A DNA stretch of 64,000 bases. Source: an uncultured bacterium. Lineage in GTDB: Bacteria > Oederibacteriota > Muellerivitia > Muellerivitales > Muellerivitaceae. Positions within the stretch are counted from its first letter, which is position 1. Every line of letters starts with the position of its first letter. The position numbers and the translations under genes are program-made. Location: the NCBI GenBank assembly GCA_964624625.1, contig CAZUXW010000004.1, positions 28,931-92,930 of the forward strand, written 5' to 3'. A model generated the notes under the pieces. That model worked only from the letters and a program-made list of their open reading frames with translations, did no database searches and had not been told where the DNA came from. Below are positions 8,797 to 17,377 of this stretch, piece by piece.

Positions 8797-9882
8797 ATGG
8801 CCGACGATAATCCATCCCAAGCCTTTAACCGCCCTGACGACCTTCAATTGCTGGAGCCCTATTCGGGTTTCTTGGCCCTTCGAAAATCCCCCCACACTAA
8901 ATCAAATTATCACCAGGATCTGAGGGTGCTTAAACAGTTCCTGGATGAATCCCGGTTGACTCCGGCTACGGCCAAACCCCAGGATTTGGCCAGGTTCGTG
9001 GGATTATTAACCAAACCAGGCCAAACGCCGGCCGGCAAGGCCCGCGGTTCCTATTCCACCAGGTCCATGAAACGAATATTGGCCTCGACCAGGTCCTTCT
9101 ACCGCTACCTGGCCTCCATCCAGCAAATCACCAACGACCCCACAGCCGTGTTTCATAACCTCGCGATTCGCAGCCCCCAGCGGAATCCCCGTCCCTTGCC
9201 GCCCCAAGCCAGGGCTGCCATGGTACAGGGCCTTCAGAAAGGCGATTTAGAGGCCTTAAAAGTAAGCCTGGTGGTCCTATTGGGCTACCATTGCGGTCTA
9301 AGGGTCTCGGAAATGGCGCACCTGAGGCTCCTGGATATAGACCTGAACCAGAAGGCGTTAACGGTCATTGGGAAAGGCGACAAGGAGCGGACCGTTCCCA
9401 TGACCGACGCTTTGAGGGACCTTCTCAAGCGGTATTTGGAGGAATGCGGTTCGGAGAAGGCTGGAGCCTCAGGGCCTTACTTATTTCCAAGCCCCCGCAG
9501 TGCGCAAAAGCCGATTCATCCTCATTTTTTGGAGACCTGGGTTAAGAAAGCCGCCCTATGGGCGGGTTTGGAAAACCCGGAGGATCTCACGGTTCATGTT
9601 TTAAGGCACACCTTTGGCACTCAATTGGCTGAATCAGGAGCCAGTGTTTATGAAATCCGCGATTTGATGGGCCATTCGAGCATCATGGTCAGTGAAAGTT
9701 ACGTGAAGCTAGCTTCCACGAAGGCCAAGCAGGCCCATGGGCGGGCTTTTGGAGGCGGCAACAAGGTCCATGCCTTAAGCTTGGAAGGCTCAGGGGGCCC
9801 TCGGGAGGTTTTACGGCGCTATCGGGCCAGGGGACGAAAAGCTTTACGGGACCCCTGGCCCGAGGATCCTGAAGCTGATTAA
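8797..9882 (+). CDS. Tyrosine-type site-specific recombinase/integrase (XerC/D-phage integrase family)
   Basis: C-terminal catalytic signature HVLRHTFGT…GHSSIMVSESY (R-H-R-Y family). ATG at 8797 is preceded by AGGAGG; the longer ORF from 8734 is rejected. Confidence 0.8.
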   Translation: MADDNPSQAFNRPDDLQLLEPYSGFLALRKSPHTKSNYHQDLRVLKQFLDESRLTPATAKPQDLARFVGLLTKPGQTPAGKARGSYSTRSMKRILASTRSFYRYLASIQQITNDPTAVFHNLAIRSPQRNPRPLPPQARAAMVQGLQKGDLEALKVSLVVLLGYHCGLRVSEMAHLRLLDIDLNQKALTVIGKGDKERTVPMTDALRDLLKRYLEECGSEKAGASGPYLFPSPRSAQKPIHPHFLETWVKKAALWAGLENPEDLTVHVLRHTFGTQLAESGASVYEIRDLMGHSSIMVSESYVKLASTKAKQAHGRAFGGGNKVHALSLEGSGGPREVLRRYRARGRKALRDPWPEDPEAD

Positions 9883-10340
9883 TCATTAAAAATGCATTCG
9901 AGAACGCACCTAAGTCTTTGTTTATCACATCTAATTACGACCTTTCTCGAGCCGCCGAAGGTCGATAAGGGATAGGTAAATTCAAAAGTTGCCAAAATGG
10001 GTCGTTTTTGCATTTAAACGATGTTTTTTTGAACGATTAATATCCATTGGCAATCTTTGTACTAGGGTCAAAAAAGCCCAAAAACGAATTGGTTGGGTGC
10101 CAAAACAACCTTTTGGAGGAGCGGCCAAATCCAACCCCGGATCCACCAGAAGGGCTTGTTTTTGGAATGGTCCTTTAAAATCAAGGATTTGGGGCCCCTT
10201 TGTTGGGACGTTCGTTTGAAAAAGCCGATTTTGATGGGTTTTTTGGAAATAGAGCGGTCTTCAAGCTTTGGTTTGATTTCAAGAACCTTGAAATAAAGGG
10301 TCTTGGCCTGGTCTTAAAGTTTTACTTTAAGGGGAATTAT

Positions 10341-11498
10341 ATGGAATTTTCGAACCGAACCCCAAGAGACTTATCCTTCAATCCCATCTCGAGTGCCCAA
10401 GATCGCCTGGAAGGTACCTCCCTTCTGGACTTAACCCAGTCCAATCCAACTCAATGCGGGTTTAACTACCCCTCGAATCTCCTGGAAACCCTTGGCAAGT
10501 CCCGGGGATTGTTTTACGAACCGGAACCTTTCGGTCATTCCAACGCCAGGCAGGCGGTCGCCGATTATTTAAGCCGTCACGGACCTCCCCTTGACCCCTC
10601 CAACGTCATCCTGACCGCCAGCACGAGCGAAGCCTATTCCTTTATTTTTAAACTCCTTGGCAACCCCGGCGACAGATTCCTGGTCCCGGCTCCCGGCTAT
10701 CCCCTGTTAGACCATCTCCTGTGCCTAGAGGGTCTGGAATCCATTCCCTATTTTTTAAAAAAAGAACCAGGTTGGCCGCTGGACCGGGATCCTTTTGAAA
10801 AGGCCCTCCGGCAAGGCACCAAAGGCCTCATCACGGTGAATCCCCACAATCCCACAGGCTGCTTTTTAAGTTTGGCCGACCAATCCTTTTTAACGGACCA
10901 ATGCCGTCAAAACTCCATGGCTTTCCTTTCGGACGAGGTTTTTTCCGATTTCGCTTTTCCAGGTCAGGGATCCGGTGAAAAGCCAACTCCTGATATCTTG
11001 TCCTTCCGGTTGGGAGGGCTCTCGAAAAGCCTGGGCCTTCCCCAGTTGAAGCTTTCCTGGATCGTCATGGAGGGTCCCGCTGGGGTTTTGGCGGAATGCC
11101 GGGCCAGGATGGAGTTGATCGCGGATACCTACCTATCGGTCAATACCCCGGTCCAATTGGCTTTGGGGGATTTGTTAAAGTTCGCGCCGATATTCCGGGA
11201 ACAGGTCTTAAGCCGGGTCTTGGAAAACTTGGCTTGTTTGGAAAGGACTTTGGCGGACTTGCCGGACGTCAAGGTTTGGCCGGTGCAGGGCGGATGGTAC
11301 GCTTTGGTGGAGGTTTTAAAGCCGGGCGTTTCAGAGGAACAGAGGGTCATTGACCTCTTGGAAAAGCAAGGGGTGTGGGTCCATCCCGGGGGGTTTTATG
11401 ACTTTCCCCAGGGAAATTTCTTGGTTTTGAGCCTGCTGCCGGCGGTTCGGGTTTTTGAGGAAGCGGCTGGCAGGATCAAAAAAAGCTTTAGGGTCTAG
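10341..11498 (+). CDS. Class I/II PLP-dependent aminotransferase (AlaA/MalY-like)
   Basis: The translation has aminotransferase fold features (…ILTASTSEAYSFIF…GDRFLVPAPGYP…) and a Lys-containing SKSLG segment. ATG at 10341 follows AAGGGG. Confidence 0.7.
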   Translation: MEFSNRTPRDLSFNPISSAQDRLEGTSLLDLTQSNPTQCGFNYPSNLLETLGKSRGLFYEPEPFGHSNARQAVADYLSRHGPPLDPSNVILTASTSEAYSFIFKLLGNPGDRFLVPAPGYPLLDHLLCLEGLESIPYFLKKEPGWPLDRDPFEKALRQGTKGLITVNPHNPTGCFLSLADQSFLTDQCRQNSMAFLSDEVFSDFAFPGQGSGEKPTPDILSFRLGGLSKSLGLPQLKLSWIVMEGPAGVLAECRARMELIADTYLSVNTPVQLALGDLLKFAPIFREQVLSRVLENLACLERTLADLPDVKVWPVQGGWYALVEVLKPGVSEEQRVIDLLEKQGVWVHPGGFYDFPQGNFLVLSLLPAVRVFEEAAGRIKKSFRV

Positions 11499-11531
11499 GC
11501 CGTTGGTTGGTGCGGTCCGGGGGGATTAAAT

Positions 11532-12197
11532 TCAAGCCTTGAGATTGCCCAGACGCCTGGACGCTTCCTTGCTCCAATTGGTATCTGGGTAGGACTGAAT
11601 GGTTATTTTCAATTGTTCCAGTGCCTTTTCCTTGTTTTGATTGTTGAGGTAAATGGACGAGAGGGTCAGGCGGATTTCAGGGGCGATAAAGCTATCCGAA
11701 TGGTCCTTCAAAAAAGTTTCGGCTAAAGTCGCGGCCGGGGCCCATTGGCTTTGCGCTTCCAAACACATGATCTTCCCCAAATAAGCCTCGTCGCCCAAGG
11801 GTGTTCCCTTGAGGTCCTGGTCCGCGGCGTCAAAACTGGTGTAGGCCTGGGTGAGTTGCCCTAAGGTCAGTTGGGTTTTGGCGACGTAATAACGGGCCAC
11901 TTTCGAGGTTTTGGTTCCGGAATAATCCGTGAGGATGCGTTGGAAGGTTTGAAGGGCCTGTTGATCCCTTTCCGCCCCCGATTTGAAGGGTCCGTTTTTG
12001 GGGTCCACCTGGGAGTGAAGGTAATATTGGCCGAGATTCAGGACGCCTCTGGCGTCATTTTCGCTCTTCGTTTGGCTGTGGAGGTAATAAGGAACCCCCA
12101 AGGCCAGGACCAGAAAAAGAATGCTGGCCACCGCCACGACCTCCTGATGGGCCTTGGCCCAATCCAGCCATTTTTGGGCCGCAGGTTTTTCCCCCAT
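11532..12197 (-). CDS. Membrane-anchored TPR-like protein (YfgM-like)
   Basis: A single N-terminal TM (VVAVASILFLVLALGVPYYL) followed by TPR-like helical repeats. Confidence 0.5.
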   Translation of the reverse strand: MGEKPAAQKWLDWAKAHQEVVAVASILFLVLALGVPYYLHSQTKSENDARGVLNLGQYYLHSQVDPKNGPFKSGAERDQQALQTFQRILTDYSGTKTSKVARYYVAKTQLTLGQLTQAYTSFDAADQDLKGTPLGDEAYLGKIMCLEAQSQWAPAATLAETFLKDHSDSFIAPEIRLTLSSIYLNNQNKEKALEQLKITIQSYPDTNWSKEASRRLGNLKA

Positions 12198-12292
12198 GAT
12201 CCTGTTGTGTCCCCAGTTGATCGTCATAAAAACCTCTTTGAGTGATCTAAAATTTGAAAGCGAAGCCTTCCGGTTGGGAAGGCCTCATTCGA

Positions 12293-12369
12293 TGGTACCC
12301 TCGACGCGAATCGAACGCGTGACCTACCCTTTAGGAAAGGGTCGCTCTATCCAACTGAGCTACGAGGGC
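12293..12369 (-). tRNA. tRNA-Arg (anticodon CCT)
   Basis: A cloverleaf built by hand from the reverse complement: acceptor GCCCTCG/CGAGGGT, D arm GCTC-AGTTGGATA-GAGC, anticodon loop TTCCTAA, T arm ACGCG-TTCGATT-CGCGT and a CCA end. Confidence 0.85.
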
Positions 12370-12499
12370 GTTCAAGCGCGGTGCCCCACTTTAAGCGCGA
12401 AGCGCTGAATTATGACTGTTTTAAATGGTTACCGCAATTCAAAAAGTCCCTTTGTTCCAATTAAAGGCGACCCCGGGACCAAGCCGGGGAAAGGCGCGG

Positions 12500-13012
12500 T
12501 TAGTATTGGATTATAGAGTAGACGGGGGTGCTTTTCAATTTTTCATGGCCCTTTAGGAATGTCAATTGAATGATAAAACAAGCCTCCACGACTTCACCGC
12601 CGGCCCGCTCGACCAGGCGGATCGTGGCGGCCGCTGTTCCCCCTGTGGCCAATACGTCATCGAGGACCAATATCCTGTCCCCTTTTCCGATGGCGTCCAG
12701 GTGTATTTCCAGGGTGTCCTTGCCGTATTCCAGCTCGTAAGTCTCCTGCAAGGTTTTCCAGGGAAGTTTTCCCGGTTTCCGGACTGGAATAAAGGAAACC
12801 CCCATCGTGGCGGCTAAGGCTCCGCCAAAAATAAAGCCCCGCGATTCCATGGCCACGATCGAGGTGATGCGGCTGTTTTTGTAATGGTCGGCCAATTGCC
12901 GGATAACTTCCTGAAACGCCTTGGGGTCCTTCAACAGGGGGGTGATATCCTTGAAGATGATCCCCTTTTTCGGAAAATTTGGTACATCACGGATCAGGCT
13001 TTTGAAATCCAT
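12500..13012 (-). CDS. apt: Adenine phosphoribosyltransferase
   Basis: PRPP-binding motif VLDDVLATGGT and overall APRT-like sequence. Confidence 0.85.
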   Translation of the reverse strand: MDFKSLIRDVPNFPKKGIIFKDITPLLKDPKAFQEVIRQLADHYKNSRITSIVAMESRGFIFGGALAATMGVSFIPVRKPGKLPWKTLQETYELEYGKDTLEIHLDAIGKGDRILVLDDVLATGGTAAATIRLVERAGGEVVEACFIIQLTFLKGHEKLKSTPVYSIIQY

Positions 13013-13086
13013 GGTCCATCCTTTATGAGTTTTATGGGTTGGCGGAAGTTTCGGGGGAAAACGAAACGGCTTTGCCGGGAAGAATC

Positions 13087-14058
13087 TTACACAAACTCGT
13101 TTAAAAGTTCACGGTATTCTTCGCCGCTGGATTTCATGAGGGACCTGATTTTTTGGAGGGCTTTTTCCTCGATTTGGCGGATTCTCTCCCGGGTGACACC
13201 TAAAAGGGTGCCGGTTTGTTCGAGGGTTTTGGGCTGGTCCTGGTCAAAGCCGAAGCGCATCAGGATCACCTTTTGTTCCTTGTCGTTGAGGTTTTCAATG
13301 AGCTTTTTCAACTTTTCGGTGCGGAGCTGGTCAAAAACGTTTTGAGCCGGGCTTAAAACGGTTTTGTCCTCGATGAAATCACCGATGGTCTTTGAGCCGG
13401 ACTCGTCCCCCACCGTCAATTCCAGGGATAGGTCCCTTTGAGCCAGCCGTTGGAGCTTGTGGATTTTTTCGAACTTGAGACGGGAGGCTTTGGAGATTTC
13501 CATGAGGCTTGGTTCGCGGCCCAGCTTGCGGGTCAGGTCCCTGGTGATCCTTTGGACCCGGTTGATATCCTCGGAAACATGGACCGGCACCCGGACGGTC
13601 CGGGATTGGTTGGAAAGGGCCCTCGTGATGGATTGGCGGATCCACCAAGTCGCGTAGGTGCTGAATTTAAACCCGCGCCGCCAGGAGAATTTCTCGCTGG
13701 CCTTGATGAGTCCCAGGTTGCCTTCCTCGATGAGATCCTGGAAAGCCAAACCTTGATTGACGTATTTTTTCGCGACATTCACGACCAGACGGAGATTGGC
13801 GGAGATGAGCCATTGCTTGGCCTTCATATCGCCCTTTTCGATCCTCTGGGCCAGTGAAACTTCCTCGGGGCCGGTCAAGAGCTTGACCCTGGAAATTTCG
13901 CGGAAGTAGAGCTTAAGGCTGTCGGTGGTGACTCTTTCACTGGTTTTAAATTGGTTGGATTGGAATAATTTCTTGTCAAGGATGGGAATCAGCGGGGCTA
14001 TGGCCATTTTCTTGGGCTTGGTTTTCAGCTTAAGTTTCAGGTTCGCTTTTTTGGCCAT
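13087..14058 (-). CDS. RNA polymerase sigma-70 family factor (RpoD/group 1-2-like)
   Basis: Region 2 (FSTYATWWIRQSITRA) and region 4 HTH (LGVTRERIRQIEEKALQKIR). The start is taken at MAKKANLK to avoid overlap with acyP. Confidence 0.8.
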   Translation of the reverse strand: MAKKANLKLKLKTKPKKMAIAPLIPILDKKLFQSNQFKTSERVTTDSLKLYFREISRVKLLTGPEEVSLAQRIEKGDMKAKQWLISANLRLVVNVAKKYVNQGLAFQDLIEEGNLGLIKASEKFSWRRGFKFSTYATWWIRQSITRALSNQSRTVRVPVHVSEDINRVQRITRDLTRKLGREPSLMEISKASRLKFEKIHKLQRLAQRDLSLELTVGDESGSKTIGDFIEDKTVLSPAQNVFDQLRTEKLKKLIENLNDKEQKVILMRFGFDQDQPKTLEQTGTLLGVTRERIRQIEEKALQKIRSLMKSSGEEYRELLNEFV

Positions 14059-14065
14059 AACCTTG

Positions 14066-14341
14066 TTACCCTCTGATCTCAAAGCCTTGATAGTCTTGGT
14101 GATCCTCAACCCATTGGGGTTCTACCTTTTCAACCCGGCTTCCGGTGGGTCCAGCTATTAAGCTTTGCATAAACTGTTCCAAATTTGACCTATCCCCTTT
14201 CGCGAATAATTCAACGGTTCCATCCGGCCTGTTTCGAACCCAACCTGTTAAATGCAGCTCATCCGCCTTGCCTTTCGTGAAATACCGGAAGCCGACCCCC
14301 TGCACTCTCCCTTTAACAACGGCGATGAAAGCGTTAAACAT
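14066..14341 (-). CDS. acyP: Acylphosphatase
   Basis: Motifs VKGRVQGVGFR and GWVRN…DGTV characteristic of acylphosphatase. Confidence 0.8.
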   Translation of the reverse strand: MFNAFIAVVKGRVQGVGFRYFTKGKADELHLTGWVRNRPDGTVELFAKGDRSNLEQFMQSLIAGPTGSRVEKVEPQWVEDHQDYQGFEIRG

Positions 14342-14445
14342 GGGAAACCTTCCTTGGGGATAGGCTTAAAATTGTCAGTTTTTTGAATAAATTGAGCTTA
14401 TTTTTGACTTTTTAAAAATCTGTGGTAACAACCCTAAATTCGGGA

Positions 14446-14485
14446 AAAACAAAAAGGCCAAGGCGTTCCCCATCCGCGGATTGGG
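14446..14485 (-). terminator. Possible terminator downstream of the tRNA-Pro pair
   Basis: A near-palindrome CCCATCCGCGGATTGGG followed (on the minus strand) by the T-rich tract TTTTTGTTTTT. Confidence 0.25.
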
Positions 14486-14509
14486 ACTGCCTTAGCCTCT
14501 TGAAAAAAA

Positions 14510-14586
14510 TGGTCGGGGCGGCAGGATTTGAACCTGCAACCTTTTGCACCCCATGCAACTGCGCTACCGGGTTGCGCCACGCCCCG
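14510..14586 (-). tRNA. tRNA-Pro (anticodon GGG)
   Basis: Reverse complement folds as acceptor CGGGGCG/CGCCCCG, D arm GCGC…GCGC, anticodon loop ATGGGGT, T arm GCAGG-TTCAAAT-CCTGC and a CCA end. Confidence 0.8.
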
Positions 14587-14625
14587 AAAAACCGACCATG
14601 AACCGAGATGTTGAAAGGGTGACTT

Positions 14626-14701
14626 TGGTCGGGGTGAGAGGATTCGAACCTCCGGCCCCTTGGTCCCGAACCAAGTGCGCTAGCCGCTGCGCTACACCCC
14701 G
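14626..14701 (-). tRNA. tRNA-Pro (anticodon CGG)
   Basis: Reverse complement folds as acceptor CGGGGTG/CACCCCG, anticodon stem CTTGG/CCAAG with loop TTCGGGA, T loop TTCGAAT and a CCA end. Confidence 0.85.
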
Positions 14702-14844
14702 TCCAAAGTAACCTTGCGGGACATCGTGAAGGCTTGGATCCTAAACTGAATCGATAAGGAACCCAACATCCCCCGAAGGGATGCATACTATAGGCCAAAA
14801 AATATCGGCATTCAAGAAAAGAAGATCGGGGAAAGACGGTTTTT

Positions 14845-15324
14845 TCAGGCTAAATTATATTTTTTGAGGATGGAATGGGTTTCGGCGATCAGGTTCTTCA
14901 ATTCCCTGACCTTTTCCCGAGAAATGGAGGGCCTGGGTGCCGGCGGTTGGGGAGCGATTTTAACCGGCTCGATCCTTCCGGTTTCATCCCCGGAAATTTC
15001 CGCCGGTTCGGCGGCGGGTGGTTCTGGCTTTGGCAGGCCGGGTGTTTTAATCCCGAACATATCCATTTGGTCCAAACCGGCTTTTTCGAGCTCCTCCAGT
15101 TTTTGGAGGGCTCCCGCAATGGTGTATTTCTCGTCGTAGAGCAGTCTTTTGATGGTGAGGGCGACCTGAAGATCCTTTTTTCGGTAGGTTCTTTGGCCTG
15201 TTTCGGATTTCTGGGGGTTTAACTTTTTAAACTCAGACTCCCAGTAACGGAGCACATAGGGTTTCACGTCCACGACTTGGGCGGCCTCGCCGATTGTGTA
15301 AAAAAGCTTCTCTTCCTCAGACAC
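14845..15324 (-). CDS. MerR-family transcriptional regulator
   Basis: N-terminal HTH (YTIGEAAQVVDVKPYVLRYWESEF), a coiled-coil segment and a Pro-rich C-terminal tail. Confidence 0.7.
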   Translation of the reverse strand: MSEEEKLFYTIGEAAQVVDVKPYVLRYWESEFKKLNPQKSETGQRTYRKKDLQVALTIKRLLYDEKYTIAGALQKLEELEKAGLDQMDMFGIKTPGLPKPEPPAAEPAEISGDETGRIEPVKIAPQPPAPRPSISREKVRELKNLIAETHSILKKYNLA

Positions 15325-15483
15325 GGTTCCCTCCTAAAACTTTAGCCGCGAATCGACCTAAATTAACGCCAATTTAAAAAGAAAGTCAACAAAAGGAGCT
15401 TCAAGAAACGGTTGATGTTTTGCCGGTTAAGTCTTTTTTCAACGCTAAAATATGCGTCCATTTGCGGTTACGCCTTCGTTTGA

Positions 15484-15759
15484 TTAACTTCCCTTCAGCT
15501 TTTTTTTAATCAACCTGCTGGGTTTAAACACCAAGACCTTTCGGCTGCCCAGGGCCACCACTTTCCCTGTTTTGGGGTTGCGGGCCAAACGGGCGATACG
15601 GTTTTTCCATTCCCAAGTTCCGAGACCCACTATAGAAACCTTTTTTTCTTCCCGCAAGGCGGTGGTGATCGTGTTGAAAAAAACATCCACCGTCTGGAGG
15701 GCTTGTTTTTTCGTAAGGCCCAATTGGGTGAGACTTTTCAAAAGATCCTGACGGGTCAA
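15484..15759 (-). CDS. HU/IHF-family nucleoid DNA-binding protein
   Basis: 91 aa with a bacterial histone-like signature (…GLGTWEWKNRIARLARNPKTG…). Confidence 0.8.
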   Translation of the reverse strand: MTRQDLLKSLTQLGLTKKQALQTVDVFFNTITTALREEKKVSIVGLGTWEWKNRIARLARNPKTGKVVALGSRKVLVFKPSRLIKKKLKGS

Positions 15760-16772
15760 AAGGAGGTCCTTTCGGCGAAATCATTCTCGGGTTTAGCGGT
15801 CCGGGACAAGAGGGAGGCGACCGCTTCTTTCGCTTTTTTGCCCTCAAAAAGAACTTTATAAACTTCCTCGGTGATGGGAACGTCCATTTTGACGGTCTGG
15901 GCGAGGGCCACGGCGGCTTTGGCAGTCTTGACGCCCTCAGCCACCATGGTCATTTCCTTCAAAGCTTGTTCGAGGCTGGAGCCCTTGCCGATCTTCTCGC
16001 CCAATAACCGGTTGCGGCTGTGGTGGCTGGTACAGGTGACGATAAGGTCCCCCATGCCAGCCAGTCCGGCGAAGGTCTGGGCTTGGGCCCCCAGAGCCAC
16101 GCCTAAACGGGTAATTTCGTGAAGGCCGCGGGTCATGAGGGCGGCTTTGGCGTTGTCCCCCAAGCCTAAACCGTCGGTAATTCCCGCGGCAATGGCAATC
16201 ACGTTCTTCAGCGCCCCCCCCAACTCCACTCCGACGACATCACTGGAGGTATAAACCCGGAAATAATCCGAATGAAACACCTTTTGAACCGTCTTGGCCA
16301 AGTTTAAGTCGGACGAGGCGGATACAACCGTGGTCGGCATTTGACGGGAAACCTCCTCGGCGTGGCTGGGACCGGATAATACAGCGATTGAGGCCTCTGA
16401 TTGAAGGCTTTGCTTTAAGACCTCGCTCATGCGAAGGTGGGTTTCTTCCTCGAGCCCTTTGGAGGCGCAGGCGGCCCAAGCTTCCTTGGGCCAATGAGGG
16501 GCTGCCGTCTTGAGGGTTGAGCGGACGACATGGGATGGAATGGCAATGATGACACCCTCGCGGCCCTTAAGAGCCCGCTGAATTTCATGGGTGACTAGGA
16601 TTTCGAGAGGCAGCTTGACGCCCGGCAGGCGGACGGGATTTTCCCGAAGCTTGTTGAGGTTCTCGGTTTTAGATTTATCGTGGTCCCAAAGAACCAGGTC
16701 GTGACCCGCTCTTTTGAGGTGGATAGTTAAAGCGATTCCCCAGCTTCCGCCGCCTAAAACACATAACTTCAT
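15756..16772 (-). CDS. gpsA: NAD(P)H-dependent glycerol-3-phosphate dehydrogenase
   Basis: N-terminal GGGSWG Rossmann motif and GpsA-like sequence throughout. It overlaps the HU gene by 4 nt. Confidence 0.9.
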   Translation of the reverse strand: MKLCVLGGGSWGIALTIHLKRAGHDLVLWDHDKSKTENLNKLRENPVRLPGVKLPLEILVTHEIQRALKGREGVIIAIPSHVVRSTLKTAAPHWPKEAWAACASKGLEEETHLRMSEVLKQSLQSEASIAVLSGPSHAEEVSRQMPTTVVSASSDLNLAKTVQKVFHSDYFRVYTSSDVVGVELGGALKNVIAIAAGITDGLGLGDNAKAALMTRGLHEITRLGVALGAQAQTFAGLAGMGDLIVTCTSHHSRNRLLGEKIGKGSSLEQALKEMTMVAEGVKTAKAAVALAQTVKMDVPITEEVYKVLFEGKKAKEAVASLLSRTAKPENDFAERTSF

Positions 16773-16777
16773 ATGTT

Positions 16778-17377
16778 TTACCCCTGTTTTTTCTTTCCGA
16801 TTTTGTTTTCGGTTCCGGCCAAGATGCGTTTAATGTTCTGGCGATGGGTCCACCATATCATGACGGTGGCGGCAATGGCCAAGCCTGAAAACCAGTTGAG
16901 GCCCTGATGATAGAGGGTGAAGGACATCATGGTGGTCGCGCCCAAGAGGCTGCCGAGGGAGACCATCCTGGTCAAGCCCAGGATCACCAAGAAGACGGCC
17001 ACCCCAGCGGCGCTTTCCAAGGGTAAGAGGCTGAAAAAGATTCCGACACTGATTCCAATGCCCTTGCCCCCCTTAAATTTCAGGAAGATGGGAAATACAT
17101 TGCCTAAGAGGGCCGAAAGGCCGCAAATAACCTTGAGGAGGTCGTCTCCGGGGTCAAAATGGCCTGCAATCCAAATGGCCGCGACACCTTTTAGGATATC
17201 TAAGGCTAATGTGGCTATTCCCCACCCTGCTCCCGCGACCCGCCAGACGTTGGTCATGCCGATGTTGCCGCTTCCTTGGGTCCGGACATCAATACCCTTG
17301 ATCCACTTAACGATTAAGAAACCGAAGGGGATGGATCCGATGAGGTAGGCGGCAATGGGGATAAGGAGGTCAGCCAC
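16778..17377 (-). CDS. plsY: Glycerol-3-phosphate acyltransferase PlsY
   Basis: GSIPFGFL and GSGNIGMTN motifs in a polytopic membrane protein. Confidence 0.9.
   Translation of the reverse strand: MADLLIPIAAYLIGSIPFGFLIVKWIKGIDVRTQGSGNIGMTNVWRVAGAGWGIATLALDILKGVAAIWIAGHFDPGDDLLKVICGLSALLGNVFPIFLKFKGGKGIGISVGIFFSLLPLESAAGVAVFLVILGLTRMVSLGSLLGATTMMSFTLYHQGLNWFSGLAIAATVMIWWTHRQNIKRILAGTENKIGKKKQG

Noticed and set aside
10200-10340. 47-aa N-terminal extension of the aminotransferase ORF
   Set aside because: Low-complexity translation of the AT-rich leader. The ATG at 10341 has an AAGGGG RBS and conserved aminotransferase sequence begins there.
8797-12369. Genomic island bounded by the recombinase and tRNA-Arg
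   Set aside because: The intervening genes (aminotransferase, TPR protein) look like ordinary chromosomal genes of the same GC content. No direct repeat of the tRNA 3' end was seen. Only the 460-bp AT-rich stretch is anomalous.
14412-14798. 128-aa ORF spanning both tRNA-Pro genes
   Set aside because: It overlaps two well-formed tRNA cloverleaves and is implausible as coding.
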